Part shown: positions 1-12,144 of the stretch, in pieces
Position numbering within the stretch: the stretch's first letter is position 1
Layout: each line of letters opens with the position of its first letter
Origin: Trichosphaerium sp. ATCC 40318
Lineage: Eukaryota > Protista > Tubulinea
DNA length: 37,373 nucleotides
Reading direction: 5' to 3'
Assembly: GCA_038496445.1 (NCBI GenBank)
Contig: JALMLS010000226.1
Span: forward strand, 1-37,373
Position numbers and translations under genes: made by a program
Notes under the pieces: model-generated
What the model was told of the DNA's origin: nothing
The model's input: the letters and a program-made list of their open reading frames with translations, nothing else
Database searches by the model: none

Positions 1-306
1 TTATAAGTATTACCACCAGCAAAGCATTTAATGAAGACAAGTATGAAGCTATTATACATTCTCTTTAAATATTTTTCAGGTGTCCCTAGTGTAAATACGG
101 AGAAACTTATAGTATAGTAGAGCACCTAAAGGTGAATTGGTGTATTTTTAAAATCAAATGGATCTACAAGCCGGTGAGATGTCGAATAAAATCACCAGGT
201 TTTTACACCTTCAGGCATTAGATTCTTTATCTAGCATGGTATGTTAGCAGATATGGTTGCCGTAGTAGGATCTTTAGATTTAGTTTTTGGAGAAATTGAT
301 AGATAA
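1..306 (+). CDS. nad7: NADH dehydrogenase subunit 7, 3' part (duplicate copy; frameshifted cryptogene)
   Basis: Motifs APKGE, RCRIKSPGF and MLADMVAVVGSLDLVFGEIDR* are readable in shifting frames; TAA at 304-306. Inverse of 17492-17795. Confidence 0.93.
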
Positions 307-389
307 GAATTTAAAAAAAATTATTATTGAATTTATATAGTTTAGAAAAAAGAGTAATAAAAAAAAAAAAAAAGTAAAAAAAAAAAAAA

Positions 390-627
390 ATGGAATGACA
401 AATAGTTATTAGCAGCAAAAGTATTAGCAGCAGGAGTATGTACTGTCGGTGTAGGAGGAGCAAGTATAGGTATAGGTATAGTTTTTGGAGGTTTATTAAT
501 AGCAGTAGTATCTAGAAATCCTGAATTAGAAGCTAATTTATTTAGAACAGCACTTTTAGGTTTTGCTTTATCTGAGGCGATGGGTTTATTAGTTTTAATG
601 ATGTCTTTTTTAATTATGTATACATAG
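390..627 (+). CDS. atp9: ATP synthase subunit 9 (duplicate copy)
   Basis: GVGGASIGIGIVFGG..SRNP..LGFALSEAMGL. Has 4 extra nt relative to the intact minus-strand copy, probably sequence errors. Confidence 0.95.
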
Positions 628-647
628 TAAAAAAGACATCATTAAAA
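593..647 (+). terminator. Hairpin with 20-bp arms spanning the atp9 stop codon (possible terminator or processing signal)
   Basis: ttttaatgatgtctttttta ... taaaaaagacatcattaaaa; also present at 17154-17208. Confidence 0.5.
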
Positions 648-852
648 GGATAGTTTATTTTTTATATTAGTAGATATCGCATATATTCTTTGTAGTTCTG
701 TTTTTTTTTTTTTTTTTTTCTATATAAAAAACATCTGTTAGTATAGGGGATTTTATTTTTTTTTTTTATTTAAATCTTTAAATTTTTTTATTAATTTAAA
801 GAGTAAAAAAAAGTAAAAAGTTTTCTATTAGAGTTTTTATTTTTATTATATA

Positions 853-3390
853 TTAAGTATTAAGGGGATTACTAGGTATCAAGAAAAAAGACGCTTTAAT
901 AAAGCGAAAACTTTAATTGAGTAGTACAATGCTATGATTTTTAGGTATCTTTTTAAATTTTTAAAATAGAAAAATAAAAATAGGGAAGTGAAACATCTCA
1001 GTACCTATAAAAAAAACATCGTGTAGAAACGTTAGTAGTGGTGACAAATGCGTTGAGTTCTTTTAAGTAGAGAAAATCGAATAGGCAGTGCCTGCTGCTA
1101 AAGTAAGAATTTTTTGATAACCGATAGTGTAAAAGTACTGTGAAGGAAGTTGAAAAAGATATCGTAGGGATAGTTGAAAAGAAATGAACTTAATACTTTA
1201 AACGGTTGGAGTATAAAAAAAGATATGACAGCGTACTTTTGTATAATGGGCCAATGAGTATATTTTTGAGCAAGCTTAACTTTAAGGGAGCGTAGTGAAA
1301 GCAAAGAGTAAATCTGTAAAAGTCTAAAAAATATGACCGAAACCAAGTGATCTAACAACACCAAGTTTTTGGCTGAAACGGTGTCTGTTGCAAGAGGCTC
1401 GATGAGTGTTGGTTAGGAGTGAAAGCTAATCAAACTTGGTGATAGTGGTTTTCTGCGAAACTTGTTTAAGCAAGCGTATTTTGATTTTGTAGAGTATGGC
1501 ACTAATATTATTCCGGAGTAACTAAGTTATTTACGGGTATAGTGAAACCAAGATGTTATAAAATAAAAAAGTATAGAAAGACTTAGGTGCGAAGATTCTA
1601 GTCGAGAGGGGAAAAAGCCCAGACTATAAGCTAAGCCCTTAAATAATAATCAACTGGAAAGACGTAATAAAAGCGGAGATGGGCTAGAAGCAGCCATTCT
1701 TTAAAGATGCGTAAAAGCTCACGTATTGTTTTTTAAGCGTCATGATGTAAGGGGTCTAAATTATTTGCGAAGCTATAGAATTAATTTGGTAGCAGATGTA
1801 TTGTATGTAAAAAACTGTACGTGAGTTTGGTTAAAATATCAATAGTATAAATGTTGCATGAGTAGCTTTATATGTAAAAACATTATTACGAAAGATTAAG
1901 GTTTCCTTATCTATGTTAAACAGATAAGGGTTAGCGGTCCTTAAGGGAATGTGTTTGTAAGATTCCGACTAAGGTTATATTAGTTATATTCAGAGCAATT
2001 TTATAGAAATTTAATTACAAAAAATAGTTATTGTAATCGTAAAATATCAATTTTTTTGTAACTTACAAGAAAAAAATAAAAAAAAAAACGTACCAATAAC
2101 CGACACAAGGTAATTAGTTGTAGAACAATAAGTAATAGAAGAATAATGCTTAAGGAACTCGCAAAATAACTCAGTAACTTCGGGAGATAGGTACCTAAAA
2201 TATTGTTTTTTAAAATAAATTAAAAGTGAAAATAATTTATTTTTAAGAAGTATTTTGGGGGAAGCGGAACAGAGAAGAGCGACTGTTTACTAAAAACACA
2301 GGACCCTGCTAAATAGTATATGAAGTATAGGTTCGATGCCTGCCCGTGCTGTATCGTGAAAAGGATTTGTTTAAAAGCAATGAATATAAGCAGCAGTAAA
2401 CGCGGCCGTAATCCTTGACGTCTTAAGGTAGCGAAATTCCTAGCTATTAATTGTAGTCCTGCATGAAGCGTAACGACTCTTCTACTGTCTCAAGTGTTAT
2501 TTTAGTGAATTGAAGTTTTCGTGAAGATGCGAAAAAATTGCAGCGGGACGGAAGACCCTGTGCACTTTACTAAAACCTTGTATGGGTTAAGGAAAGCAAA
2601 AAACAGTATAATCAAGAGGTATGATTTAATGGTTTAGGTCATTTAAGGAGCCGTCAGTGGATATTGATTTTTTGTTGGAAAATCTAATCTTAGTAGAAAA
2701 TTAAAAATGCATGGTGGATAGTTTGTCTGGGGCGAAGCTCCCTAAAAGGTAACGGAGTGTACAAAGGCTAATTCAGGACGTTAAAGTTCCGTAGTGCATA
2801 TGGTTTTTATTTTAGCTGACTGTAAGCTTGAAAGGGTTAACAGGGATTTAAAGTCGTCATAGTTTTCCGGATGCGCTTACAGGTAGGGCATCCGCAAACG
2901 GATAAAAGTACGCCAGGGATAACAGCTTATTGCCTTTGAGAGTTCTTATCTGCGAGCGGTTTGGCACCTCGATGTCGGCTCATCTCATCCTGGGGGAGTA
3001 GGCTCCCAAGGGTACGACTGTTCGTCGTTTAAAGAGGTACGTGAGCTGGTTTAGAACGTCGTGAGACAGTTTGCCCCTATCTGCTGTGATAAAAATTAAA
3101 ATTAGAGCCCAATGCAGTACGAGAGAGGCGTTATGGTAATAGGGTGCACCGCTTGTGGTAGCGTTATCGGTTTTACGTTCCGGTTGGCGTTAAAGCTACG
3201 TGCGAAAAAGGAACTGCTGATAACATATAAGTAGAATCTGCTAATTTTAATTTATATTTATGATTCAATATCAGGATTAAATATGGTAGTAAAAAAAATA
3301 TTGTAAAATAATGTTATATATATTTTTTTTACAACTGTAAAAAAAATATATATAAGGTAGTTTTTTTGACTAGATTCCATTAATTAAGTT
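853..3390 (+). rRNA. rnl: Mitochondrial LSU rRNA (duplicate copy)
   Basis: gaagtgaaacatctcagtacc, ccgatagtgtaaaagtactgtgaagga, gactgtttactaaaaacacagg, aaggtagcgaaattcc, ggcacctcgatgtcggctcat, tttagaacgtcgtgagacagtt. Ends approximate. Confidence 0.97.
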
Positions 3391-3452
3391 TTTATAAAAG
3401 TAGAGAAAAAAAGATTTTTAATAAATAAAAAGTATATTATAAATTAAAAATA

Positions 3453-4960
3453 ATGTATTTATTAAGTTTTTATCAATATTTATGTTACATTAAGAGTGGT
3501 CATGTTCAACAAATCATAAAGATATAGGATGCTATATATATGAGCAAGTTTTTTTGGAGGAGTATGGGAACTATATTATCATGATAATACGTATAGAGAA
3601 TTAGGAATGCCTGTCCGTTAATTTTGTTCAAGATAACAAGTTTATAATGTAATCGTAACAGCGCATGTCTATTAATGATTTTTTTTTTCGTTATGCCTTT
3701 ATTAATAGGGGTTTAGGTAATTTTATAGTTCATTAAGTTTAGGGGCCCGGAGATGCATTCCCAAGAGTAAATAATTTAGGTTTCTGATTATTGCGCCTTC
3801 TTTATTATTATTAATGTGATCTTTGTTATAGGAGATGGTGCAGAGCAGGATGAACTTTATATCCATTACTTTCTGTATTAAGGCTAGTCCTGGAATGTCA
3901 TAGATGCTTGTATTTTGAGTTGCATATAGCCGGAATTTCATCAATATCGGTGCAATAAATTTTATGGTAACTATAATGAATATGCGATTATGGATACTTA
4001 TAGAATTGGTTGTTTGCAGTATCATTTATATAACAGCGGTATTATTATTATTGACATTACCTGTTTTAGAGGAGCTTTAGTTATGTTAATAACAGATCGT
4101 ATTTTAATACAACATTTTTTGATCCACAGGAGTGAGATATCCTGTTTTATATCACATATTTTTGATTTTTTTGGACATCAGAGTTTATATATTAATATTA
4201 CCAGCTTTTGTATAACTAGTGTAGTAATTTCTGTTGAACTTATAAAGAGGTTTATGTCATGATTCTATGGTTTATGCATGGTATGTATAGCAGTTTTAGG
4301 ATCTATTGTATGAGTCATCATATGTTTACAGCGGGTTTAGATGATGATACGAGGTATATTTTTATGACAGTAACTATGATAATAGCAATGCCTTCAGGGT
4401 TAAAGTTTTTGGTTGTTATCAACAATAATGTTTGTATAGTAGAAATGAAGAGTTCCGCTATTTTATGCTGCAGATTTGTACTAATGTTTAGTTTTGGAGT
4501 GTAACTGGTATTATTTTAGCAAACGTGTTTTAGATATAGCATTGCATGATACATATTATGTGTTGCTCATTTTCATTATGTTTTATCTTTAGTTCTGTGT
4601 TTGGAATTTTTGCGGGTTTTATCATGGAAGTTCTTTAATGTTTGGAAAAAAATATCCGATTTTATAGGAAGATTACAAATTTTGGGAAATTTTATAGGAG
4701 TAAATATGACTTTTTTGCCAATGCATTTGTTAGGATGGCGGTATGCCCAGAAGGATAGTGATTATCCAGATGCTTATGTTGCTTTAAATTTTTGATGTTC
4801 TGTTGGGCGTTATTTACTATCTGTGTTTATTTTTATTTATTTTATGTTATATTTTATGTCTATAGGAGAGTTTTTATATTTTATATTGTATACTCTTATG
4901 AAGATGCCTATGAGATTTAGTTGAAGATTACTTTTTAACAAAAGAGAGATCTTATTTTTA
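3453..4960 (+). CDS. cox1: Cytochrome c oxidase subunit 1 (duplicate copy; cryptogene with about 40 single-base gaps)
   Basis: STNHKDIG, YNVIVTAH, FPRVNN, GWTLYP, WFFGH(P)EVY, HHMFT, LHDTYY, AHFHYVLS, GMPRR, DYPDAY. 3' end uncertain. Confidence 0.97.
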
Positions 4961-5179
4961 AAGATAATTATAATTTTGGTGAGGATAAAGTTAGAAGTTT
5001 AAATGGTGTATTAGTCTTTAACTGTTTTTATTTTTTCGTGTTAAATCCAAATACAGGAATTTGAGTGTGCAAGTATACCTTTGAATTATGTAAGAAAAGG
5101 ATTGATGGTGTATCTACTCATTATTTGGTGCTTATTAATTTAATGTTTATTTATCTAGAAAGTATAAGAGGTTTTTTTA

Positions 5180-5645
5180 AATGGTTTTGTAGTCATAGAT
5201 AGTTGAAGTTAAAAAAATTTGTATAGTGAAAATAGATAGAAATCTCTACGCTACTCTTCTTTGATTATTTAGTTTTTTAAATTTTATTACGTCTTTTTCT
5301 TTCGTTTTTATGATCTTATAAAGTTTTTATTTTAAATTTTATTTAAAAGGTTTATTTTAGAGTGCGTGTTTTTAAAACATTAAGAAATTACGTAGATAAA
5401 TTTATTTTTTAGGTCATTTTTTATATCTTTTTAGTATGATTAATTTATATAAAGTTTATTATAGAAAATTATAATATGTTTTAGTATATATCTTATATAC
5501 TAAATAATTTTGCGCATATTTTTTGCTTTATAAAAAGTTCATATTTATGGAAAATAGGATTGTGCATCCACAAATTTTAATGAACTAAAAAATAGGAAAA
5601 GTACGTGAAGAGAAGGAAAAAAGGATTACTTTATTATGATTAGTT
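5180..5645 (+). CDS. rpl6: Probable ribosomal protein L6 (duplicate copy; cryptogene)
   Basis: Weak motifs (FKFYLKG..FRVR, FLGH, GKVRE..KG) plus its position just before rps13. Confidence 0.45.
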
Positions 5646-6040
5646 ATGAAAAATTTTATTTTAGTTGGTGTAATATTAAAAGTAAGGAGCAATTTCAGTA
5701 AATTTATCTGCGTTAGGGGGCTTTGTAGACGAAGGGTAGTAGAATATGTTTTAACTTAGGTATATCCCTTGCGAAAATTTGAGCAATTGGAATTTTAGGA
5801 AAGGGATGATTTTAAAGTATTATATTTTTTCTAATTATTATTTAGGTGAAAGGTTATGTGAGAATTAAAAAATATATAGAAGATATACAGATCTTATAGT
5901 AATAGAGGTTAAGTTACTAAGTGGTTACCTGTAAATGTCAACGAAGTAAGACTTGGTTAAAACATCAAATCTTTTAAATTGTGAAGACAAAAGAATTTGG
6001 AACCAAAATTTCAGATGAAATTATAAATGGTAAAATAAAA
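5646..6040 (+). CDS. rps13: Ribosomal protein S13 (duplicate copy; cryptogene)
   Basis: GLPVN(G)QRSKT(N)GKT matches the S13 signature GLPVRGQRTRTNAR. Confidence 0.85.
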
Positions 6041-6117
6041 AATAAAAGAATAACTAAAGACGTTTAAGAAAAAAAAGAAAAGAAAAAAAGAAAAAATAAA
6101 TATATTTAAAGTATATA

Positions 6118-8657
6118 TGCAGCATAAAATAGCGGAATTCTTCATTCTACTATACAAAACATTATTTGTTGATAACAACCAAAACTTAACCCTGAAGGCA
6201 TTGCTATTATCTTAGTTACTGTCATAAAATATACCTCGTATCATCATCTAAACCCGCTGTAAACAATATGATGACTCATACAATTAGATCTAAAACTGCA
6301 TACATACCATGAATAAACCATTAGATTCAGACATAAACTCTTTTATAAGTTCAACAGAAATTACTACCATAGTTTTATAAAAAAGCTGGTAATATTAATA
6401 TATAACTTCTGATGTCCAAAAAAATCAAAAAATCTGTGATATAACATAAAACAGGATCTCACCTCCTGTGGATCAAAAAATGTTGTGATAAAATTTACGA
6501 TCTGTTATTAACATAACTTAAAGCTACCTCTAAAACAGGTATTTGTCAATATAATAATAACCGCTGTTATATAAATGTACTGCTAAACAACCAATTACTA
6601 TAGTATCATAATCGCATTTTCATTATAGTTACCATTAAATTTATTGCACGATATTTTGATGAAATTCCGGCTATAGCAAATCAAAATACAAGCATCTATG
6701 TACATTCCAGGACTAGCCTTAATACAGAAAGTAATGGATATAAATTCATCCTGCTCTGCACCATCTCCTATACAAAGATCACATTAATAATAATAAAGAA
6801 GGCGCAATAATCAGTAACCTAAATTATTTACTCTTGGGAATGCATCTACGGGGCCCATAACTTAATGAAACTATAAAATTACCATAATCCCCTATTAATA
6901 AAGGCATAACGAAAAAAAAATCAATAATAGCATGCGCTGTTACGATTACTTTATAAACTTGTTATCTTGAACCAAAATTAAAGGACAGGCATTCCTATTC
7001 TTATATACAGTATTATTCAGATATATAGTTCCCATACTCCTCCAAAAAAACTTGCTCATAAATATAGCATCCTATATCTTTATGAAATTTGTTGAACATG
7101 ACCACTCTTAATTGTAATCATAAATATTGATAAATACTTATTTAAAATACATTATTTTTAATTTATATTATACTTTTTATTTATTAAATTCTTTTTTTCT
7201 CTACTTTTATTAAAAACTTAAATAATGGAATTAGTCAAAAAAACTTCCTTTTATATATTTTTTTACAGTTGTAAAAAAATATATATAACATTATTTTACA
7301 ATATTTTTTTACTACCATATTTAATCCTGATATTTGAATCATAAATATAAATTAAAATTAGCAGATCCTTTTTTTAACTTATATGTTATCGCAGTTCCTT
7401 TTTCGCACGTAGCTTTAACGCCAACCGGAACGTAAAACCGATAACGCTACCACAAGCGGTGCACCCTATTACCATAAGCCTCTATTCGTACTGAATTGGG
7501 CTCTATTTTTAATTTTTATCACAGAAGATAGGGGCAAACTGTCTCACGACGTTCTAAACCAGCTCACGTACCTCTTTAAACGACGAACAGTCGTACCCTT
7601 GGGAGCATACTCCCCCAGGATGAGATGAGGCGACATCGAGGTGCCAAACCGCTCGCAGATAAGAACTTTCAAAGGCAATAAGCTGTTATCCCTGGCGTAC
7701 TTTTTATCCGTTTGCGGATGCCCTACTGTAAGCCATCCGGAAAAACTTGCGACTTTTAATAATGTTAACCCTTTCTAGCTTACAGTCAGCTAAAAATAAA
7801 AACCATATGCACTACGGAAACTTTAAAGTACTGAATTACCTTTGTACACTCGTGATTACCTTTTAGGGAGCTTTCGCCCCAGACAAAACTATCCACCATG
7901 CATTTTTAATTTTACTTAAGATTAGATTTTTCCAACAAAAAATCAATATTCACTGACGGCTCCTTAAATGACCTAAACCATTAAATCATACCTCTTGATT
8001 ATACGGTTTTTTGCTTTCCTTAACCATACAAGGTTTAGTAAAGTGCACAGGGTCTTCCGTACCCGCTGCAATTTTTTTCGCATCTTCACGAAAACTTCAT
8101 TTCACTAAAATAACACTTGAGACAAGTAGAAGAGTCGTTACGCATTCATGCAGGACTACAATTAATAGCTAGGATTTTCGCTAACCTTAAGACGTCAAGG
8201 ATTACGGCCGCGTTTACTGCTGCTTATATTTCATTGCTTTTAAACTAATCCTTTTCACGATACAGCACGGGCAGGCATCGAACCTATAATTAATTTATAT
8301 TTAGCAGGGTCCTGTGTTTTAGTAAACTGTCGCTATTCTCTGTTCCGCTTCCCCCAAATACTTCTTAAAAATAAATTATTTTACACATTTTATATTTATT
8401 TTAAAAAACAATATTTTAGGTACAATCTACCGAAGTTACTGAGTTATTTTGCGAGTTCCTTAAGCATTATTCTTCTTTACTTATTGTTCTACAACTAATT
8501 ACCTGTGTCGGTTATTGGTACGTTTTTTTTTTTTTTATTTTTTATCTTGTAAGTTACAAAAAATTGATTATTTTTAGGATTAAATAACTAATTTTTTGTA
8601 ATTTAATTTTAATAAAATTGGCTTGAATATAACTAATATAACATTAGTCGGAATCTT
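6118..8657 (-). repeat. Block B: error-rich inverted copy of about 1958-4473 (cox1 5' part and rnl 3' part)
   Basis: Reverse complement of cox1/rnl with scattered extra errors; the junction lies on the shared 5-mer tgcag at 6118-6122. Confidence 0.95.
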
Positions 8658-10850
8658 GAAACCAAGATGTTATAAAAGGAAAAAGTATAGAAAGACTTAG
8701 GTGTTTAAGTCGAGAGGAAAAAGCCCAGACTATAGCTAAGCCCTTAATGTTTTTCAACTGGAAAGACGTAATAAAAGCGGAGATGGGCTAGAAGCAGCCA
8801 TTCTTTAAAGATGCGTAAACTCACGTATTGTTTTTTAAGCGTCATGATGTAAGGGCTCTAAATTATTTGCGAAGCTATAGAATTAATTTGGTAGCAGATG
8901 TATTGTATGTAAAAAACTGTACGTGAGTTTGGTTAAAATATCAATAGTATAAATGTTGCATGAGTAGCTTATATGTAAAAACATTATTACGAAAGATTAA
9001 GGTTTCCTTATCTATGTTAAACAGATAAGGGTTAGCGGTCCTTAAGGGAATGTGTTTGTAAGATTCCGACTAAGGTTATATTAGTTATATTCAGAGCAAT
9101 TTTATAGAAATTTAATTACAAAAAATAGTTATTGTAATCGTAAAATATCAATTTTTTTGTAACTTACAAGAAAAAAATAAAAAAAAAAAACGTACCAATA
9201 ACCGACACAGGTAATTAGTTGTAGAACAATAAGTAATAGAAGAATAATGCTTAAGGAACTCGCAAAATAACTCAGTAACTTCGGGAGATAGGTACCTAAA
9301 ATATTGTTTTTTAAAATAAATTAAAAGTGAAAATAATTTATTTTTTAAGAAGTATTTTGGGGGAAGCGGAACAGAGAAGAGCGACTGTTTACTAAAACAC
9401 AGGACCCTGCTAAATAGTATATGAAGTATAGGTTCGATGCCTGCCCGTGCTGTATCGTGAAAAGGATTTGTTTAAAAGCAATGAATATAAGCAGCAGTAA
9501 ACGCGGCCGTAATCCTTGACGTCTTAAGGTAGCGAAATTCCTAGCTATTAATTGTAGTCCTGCATGAAGCGTAACGACTCTTCTACTGTCTCAAGTGTTA
9601 TTTTAGTGAATTGAAGTTTTCGTGAAGATGCGAAAAAATTGCAGCGGGACGGAAGACCCTGTGCACTTTACTAAAACCTTGTATGGGTTAAGGAAAGCAA
9701 AAACACAGTATAATCAAGAGGTATGATTTAATGGTTTAGGTCATTTAAGGAGCCGTCAGTGGATATTGATTTTTTGTTGGAAAAATCTAATCTTAGTAGA
9801 AATTAAAAATGCATGGTGGATAGTTTGTCTGGGGCGAAGCTCCCTAAAAGGTAACGGAGTGTACAAAGGCTAATTCAGGACGTTAAAGTTCCGTAGTGCA
9901 TATGGTTTTTATTTTAGCTGACTGTAAGCTTGAAAGGGTTAACAGGGATTTAAAGTCGTCATAGTTTTCCGGATGCGCTTACAGGTAGGGCATCCGCAAA
10001 CGGATAAAAGTACGCCAGGGATAACAGCTTATTGCCTTTGAGAGTTCTTATCTGCGAGCGGTTTGGCACCTCGATGTCGGCTCATCTCATCCTGGGGGAG
10101 TAGGCTCCCAAGGGTACGACTGTTCGTCGTTTAAAGAGGTACGTGAGCTGGTTTAGAACGTCGTGAGACAGTTTGCCCCTATCTGCTGTGATAAAAATTA
10201 AAATTAGAGCCCAATGCAGTACGAGAGAGGCGTTATGGTAATAGGGTGCACCGCTTGTGGTAGCGTTATCGGTTTTACGTTCCGGTTGGCGTTAAAGCTA
10301 CGTTTTAAAAAAAATCAAAGTTTTTTAAAAAGTCAAGTAAAAAATACTAATTTTAATTATATTTATGAAAATTTCAGGATTAAATATGGAAGTATAAAAA
10401 AAGTCTCCCCAAATAATGTTATATATATTTTTTCAAGAACAATTAAAAAAAAAGAATATAAAGTTTCTATAAAAAGATTCTCTTTCTTTTTCAAGCATGC
10501 TTATAATTTTATCTTTTCAAATTTCATTTTTACTATCTATTATAGTATATCAATCCATTAAAACAAGTTCATGTATTTTAATATCTTTTCATAAATTTTT
10601 AATAGTTACATTAAGAGTCTTCATGTTCAAAAAATCAAAAAGCATCATAGGATGCTATCATATATGAGCAAGTTTTTTTGGGGAGTATGGGAACTTTATT
10701 ATCATGATAATACGTATAGAATTAGGAAATCTGTCCGTTAATTTGGTTAAATATTAACAAGTTTATAATGATAATCAAAATAGCCATGTTTATTAATTAT
10801 TTTTTTTTTTCGTTATGCCTTTATTAATTTTTTTTTAGGTAATTTTTTAA
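8657..10850 (+). repeat. Block C: direct copy of about 1543-3730 (rnl and start of cox1), degrading after about 10300
   Basis: Starts tgaaaccaagatgttataaa as at 1543; near-identical up to about 10300, then a mosaic. Confidence 0.93.
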
Positions 10851-11619
10851 TTCTACTTTAAATTTACATTTTTTTCACTTATATCATAATTTTCAATTAT
10901 AAATTCTACTCAGCTTAAATTCTCAAACATAACTGACAAATTACTTTCTTATTATTATTCCTTCGTTTTCTAAAGTATAAGTTACAAAATTAAAAAAATC
11001 AGCATCTTGACTTTGCTCAATTTCACCTATATGATCTACTATTTTTTTTTTTTAAACTCTTTATCATTTTGCATAAATAGAATAAAATTATTTATTTCTT
11101 CTAAATTAAGCATAGAATTAATAAAAAAATGATAATAAATAGAACACATAACTAATCATAAGATCATAGAAGCAAACGCACTATAGCTTCAAGTTAAACT
11201 ATATCCTTGGCTAGCTAGTTGCGTATATAGATCTGCTACCACTGTTGGATCTATAGGTACTAAATTGTCTAACTTATCCACTATTTCTTCTCTGCTTTTT
11301 TCTTCATTAAAGAACGTTAAGGTTAAGCCTCCCCCTCGAAGCTTAACCATTCAAAAAAATGAACCCTCCCTTTCGCTAATAAAGCATAATTATTTATCAA
11401 ATCTTCTTTAAAAAAAGGATTATTATAAAATACTAATTCTTTACTAAATAAAAAATAAAATTTAAAAACACTTATAAAACACCCCGCCATGTAATGTATT
11501 GAATTCAATACAAACCAAAGAACCAAAAATGATAGGAGCTCACTTTTTACATATTTCTTTAATATTACAAAATTAAACATGATAATTTTTCTTCTTTTTT
11601 TATATTTTAAACTTAACAA
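10850..11619 (-). CDS. Unassigned ORF with hydrophobic segments, truncated at the fold-back junction
   Basis: Long open stretches (MFNFVILKK...FEGE; EEKSREEIVDKLDNLVPIDPTVVADLY; SAFASMILWLVMCSIYYHFF) with only a few frame breaks. Confidence 0.55.
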
Positions 11620-11749
11620 TACCTATATAAATTACTCTATTACACTACACAAAATACACTGCATATATACTTTAAATATATTTATTTTTCTTCTTTTTCT
11701 TTTTCTTTTTTTTTCTTAAACGTCTTTTAGTTATTCTTTTATTTTTTAT

Positions 11750-12144
11750 TTTACCATTTATAATTTCATCTGAAATTTTGGTTCCAAATTCTTTTGTCTT
11801 CACAATTTAAAAGATTTTGATGTTTTACCATAGTCTTACTTCGTTGACATTTACAGGTAAACCACTTAGTAACTTTAACCTCTATTACTATAAGATCTGT
11901 ATATCTTCTTATATATTTTTTAATTCTCACATAACCTTTCACCTAAATAATAATTAGAAAAAAGATAATACTTTAAAATCATCCCTTTCCTAAAATTCCA
12001 ATTGCTCAAATTTTCGCAAGGCGATATACCTAAGTTAAAACATATTCTACTACCCTTCGTCTACAAAGCCCCCTAACGCAGATAAATTTACTGAAATTGC
12101 TCCTTACTTTTTAATATTACACCAACTAAAATAAAATTTTTCAT
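11750..12144 (-). CDS. rps13: Ribosomal protein S13 (cryptogene)
   Basis: GLPVN(G)QRSKT(N)GKTSK at about 11815-11870; ATG at 12144. Confidence 0.85.

Larger units (their letters stand above)
1..6122 (+). repeat. Block A: inverted copy of 11659-17795
   Basis: Near-identical reverse complement over about 6.1 kb. Confidence 0.97.

Noticed and set aside
1098-1364. Track ORFs 1098-1364 and 10214-10561
   Set aside because: They lie within rnl copies and are chance frames.
3723-4795. Track ORFs at 3723, 3990, 4259, 4601 and 13774 as separate genes
   Set aside because: They are antisense or frame-wandering fragments of cox1.
3453-4800. Frameshifts as long-read homopolymer errors
   Set aside because: The same gaps occur on both strands and in several copies, and are evenly spaced. 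They are absent from GG-rich atp9 and from the 1023-nt ORF340. Short-read confirmation is still needed.
10300-10850. Divergent rnl/cox1 paralogue
   Set aside because: It is a patchwork of the plus-strand copy and unrelated sequence at a junction, and looks like a blended consensus.
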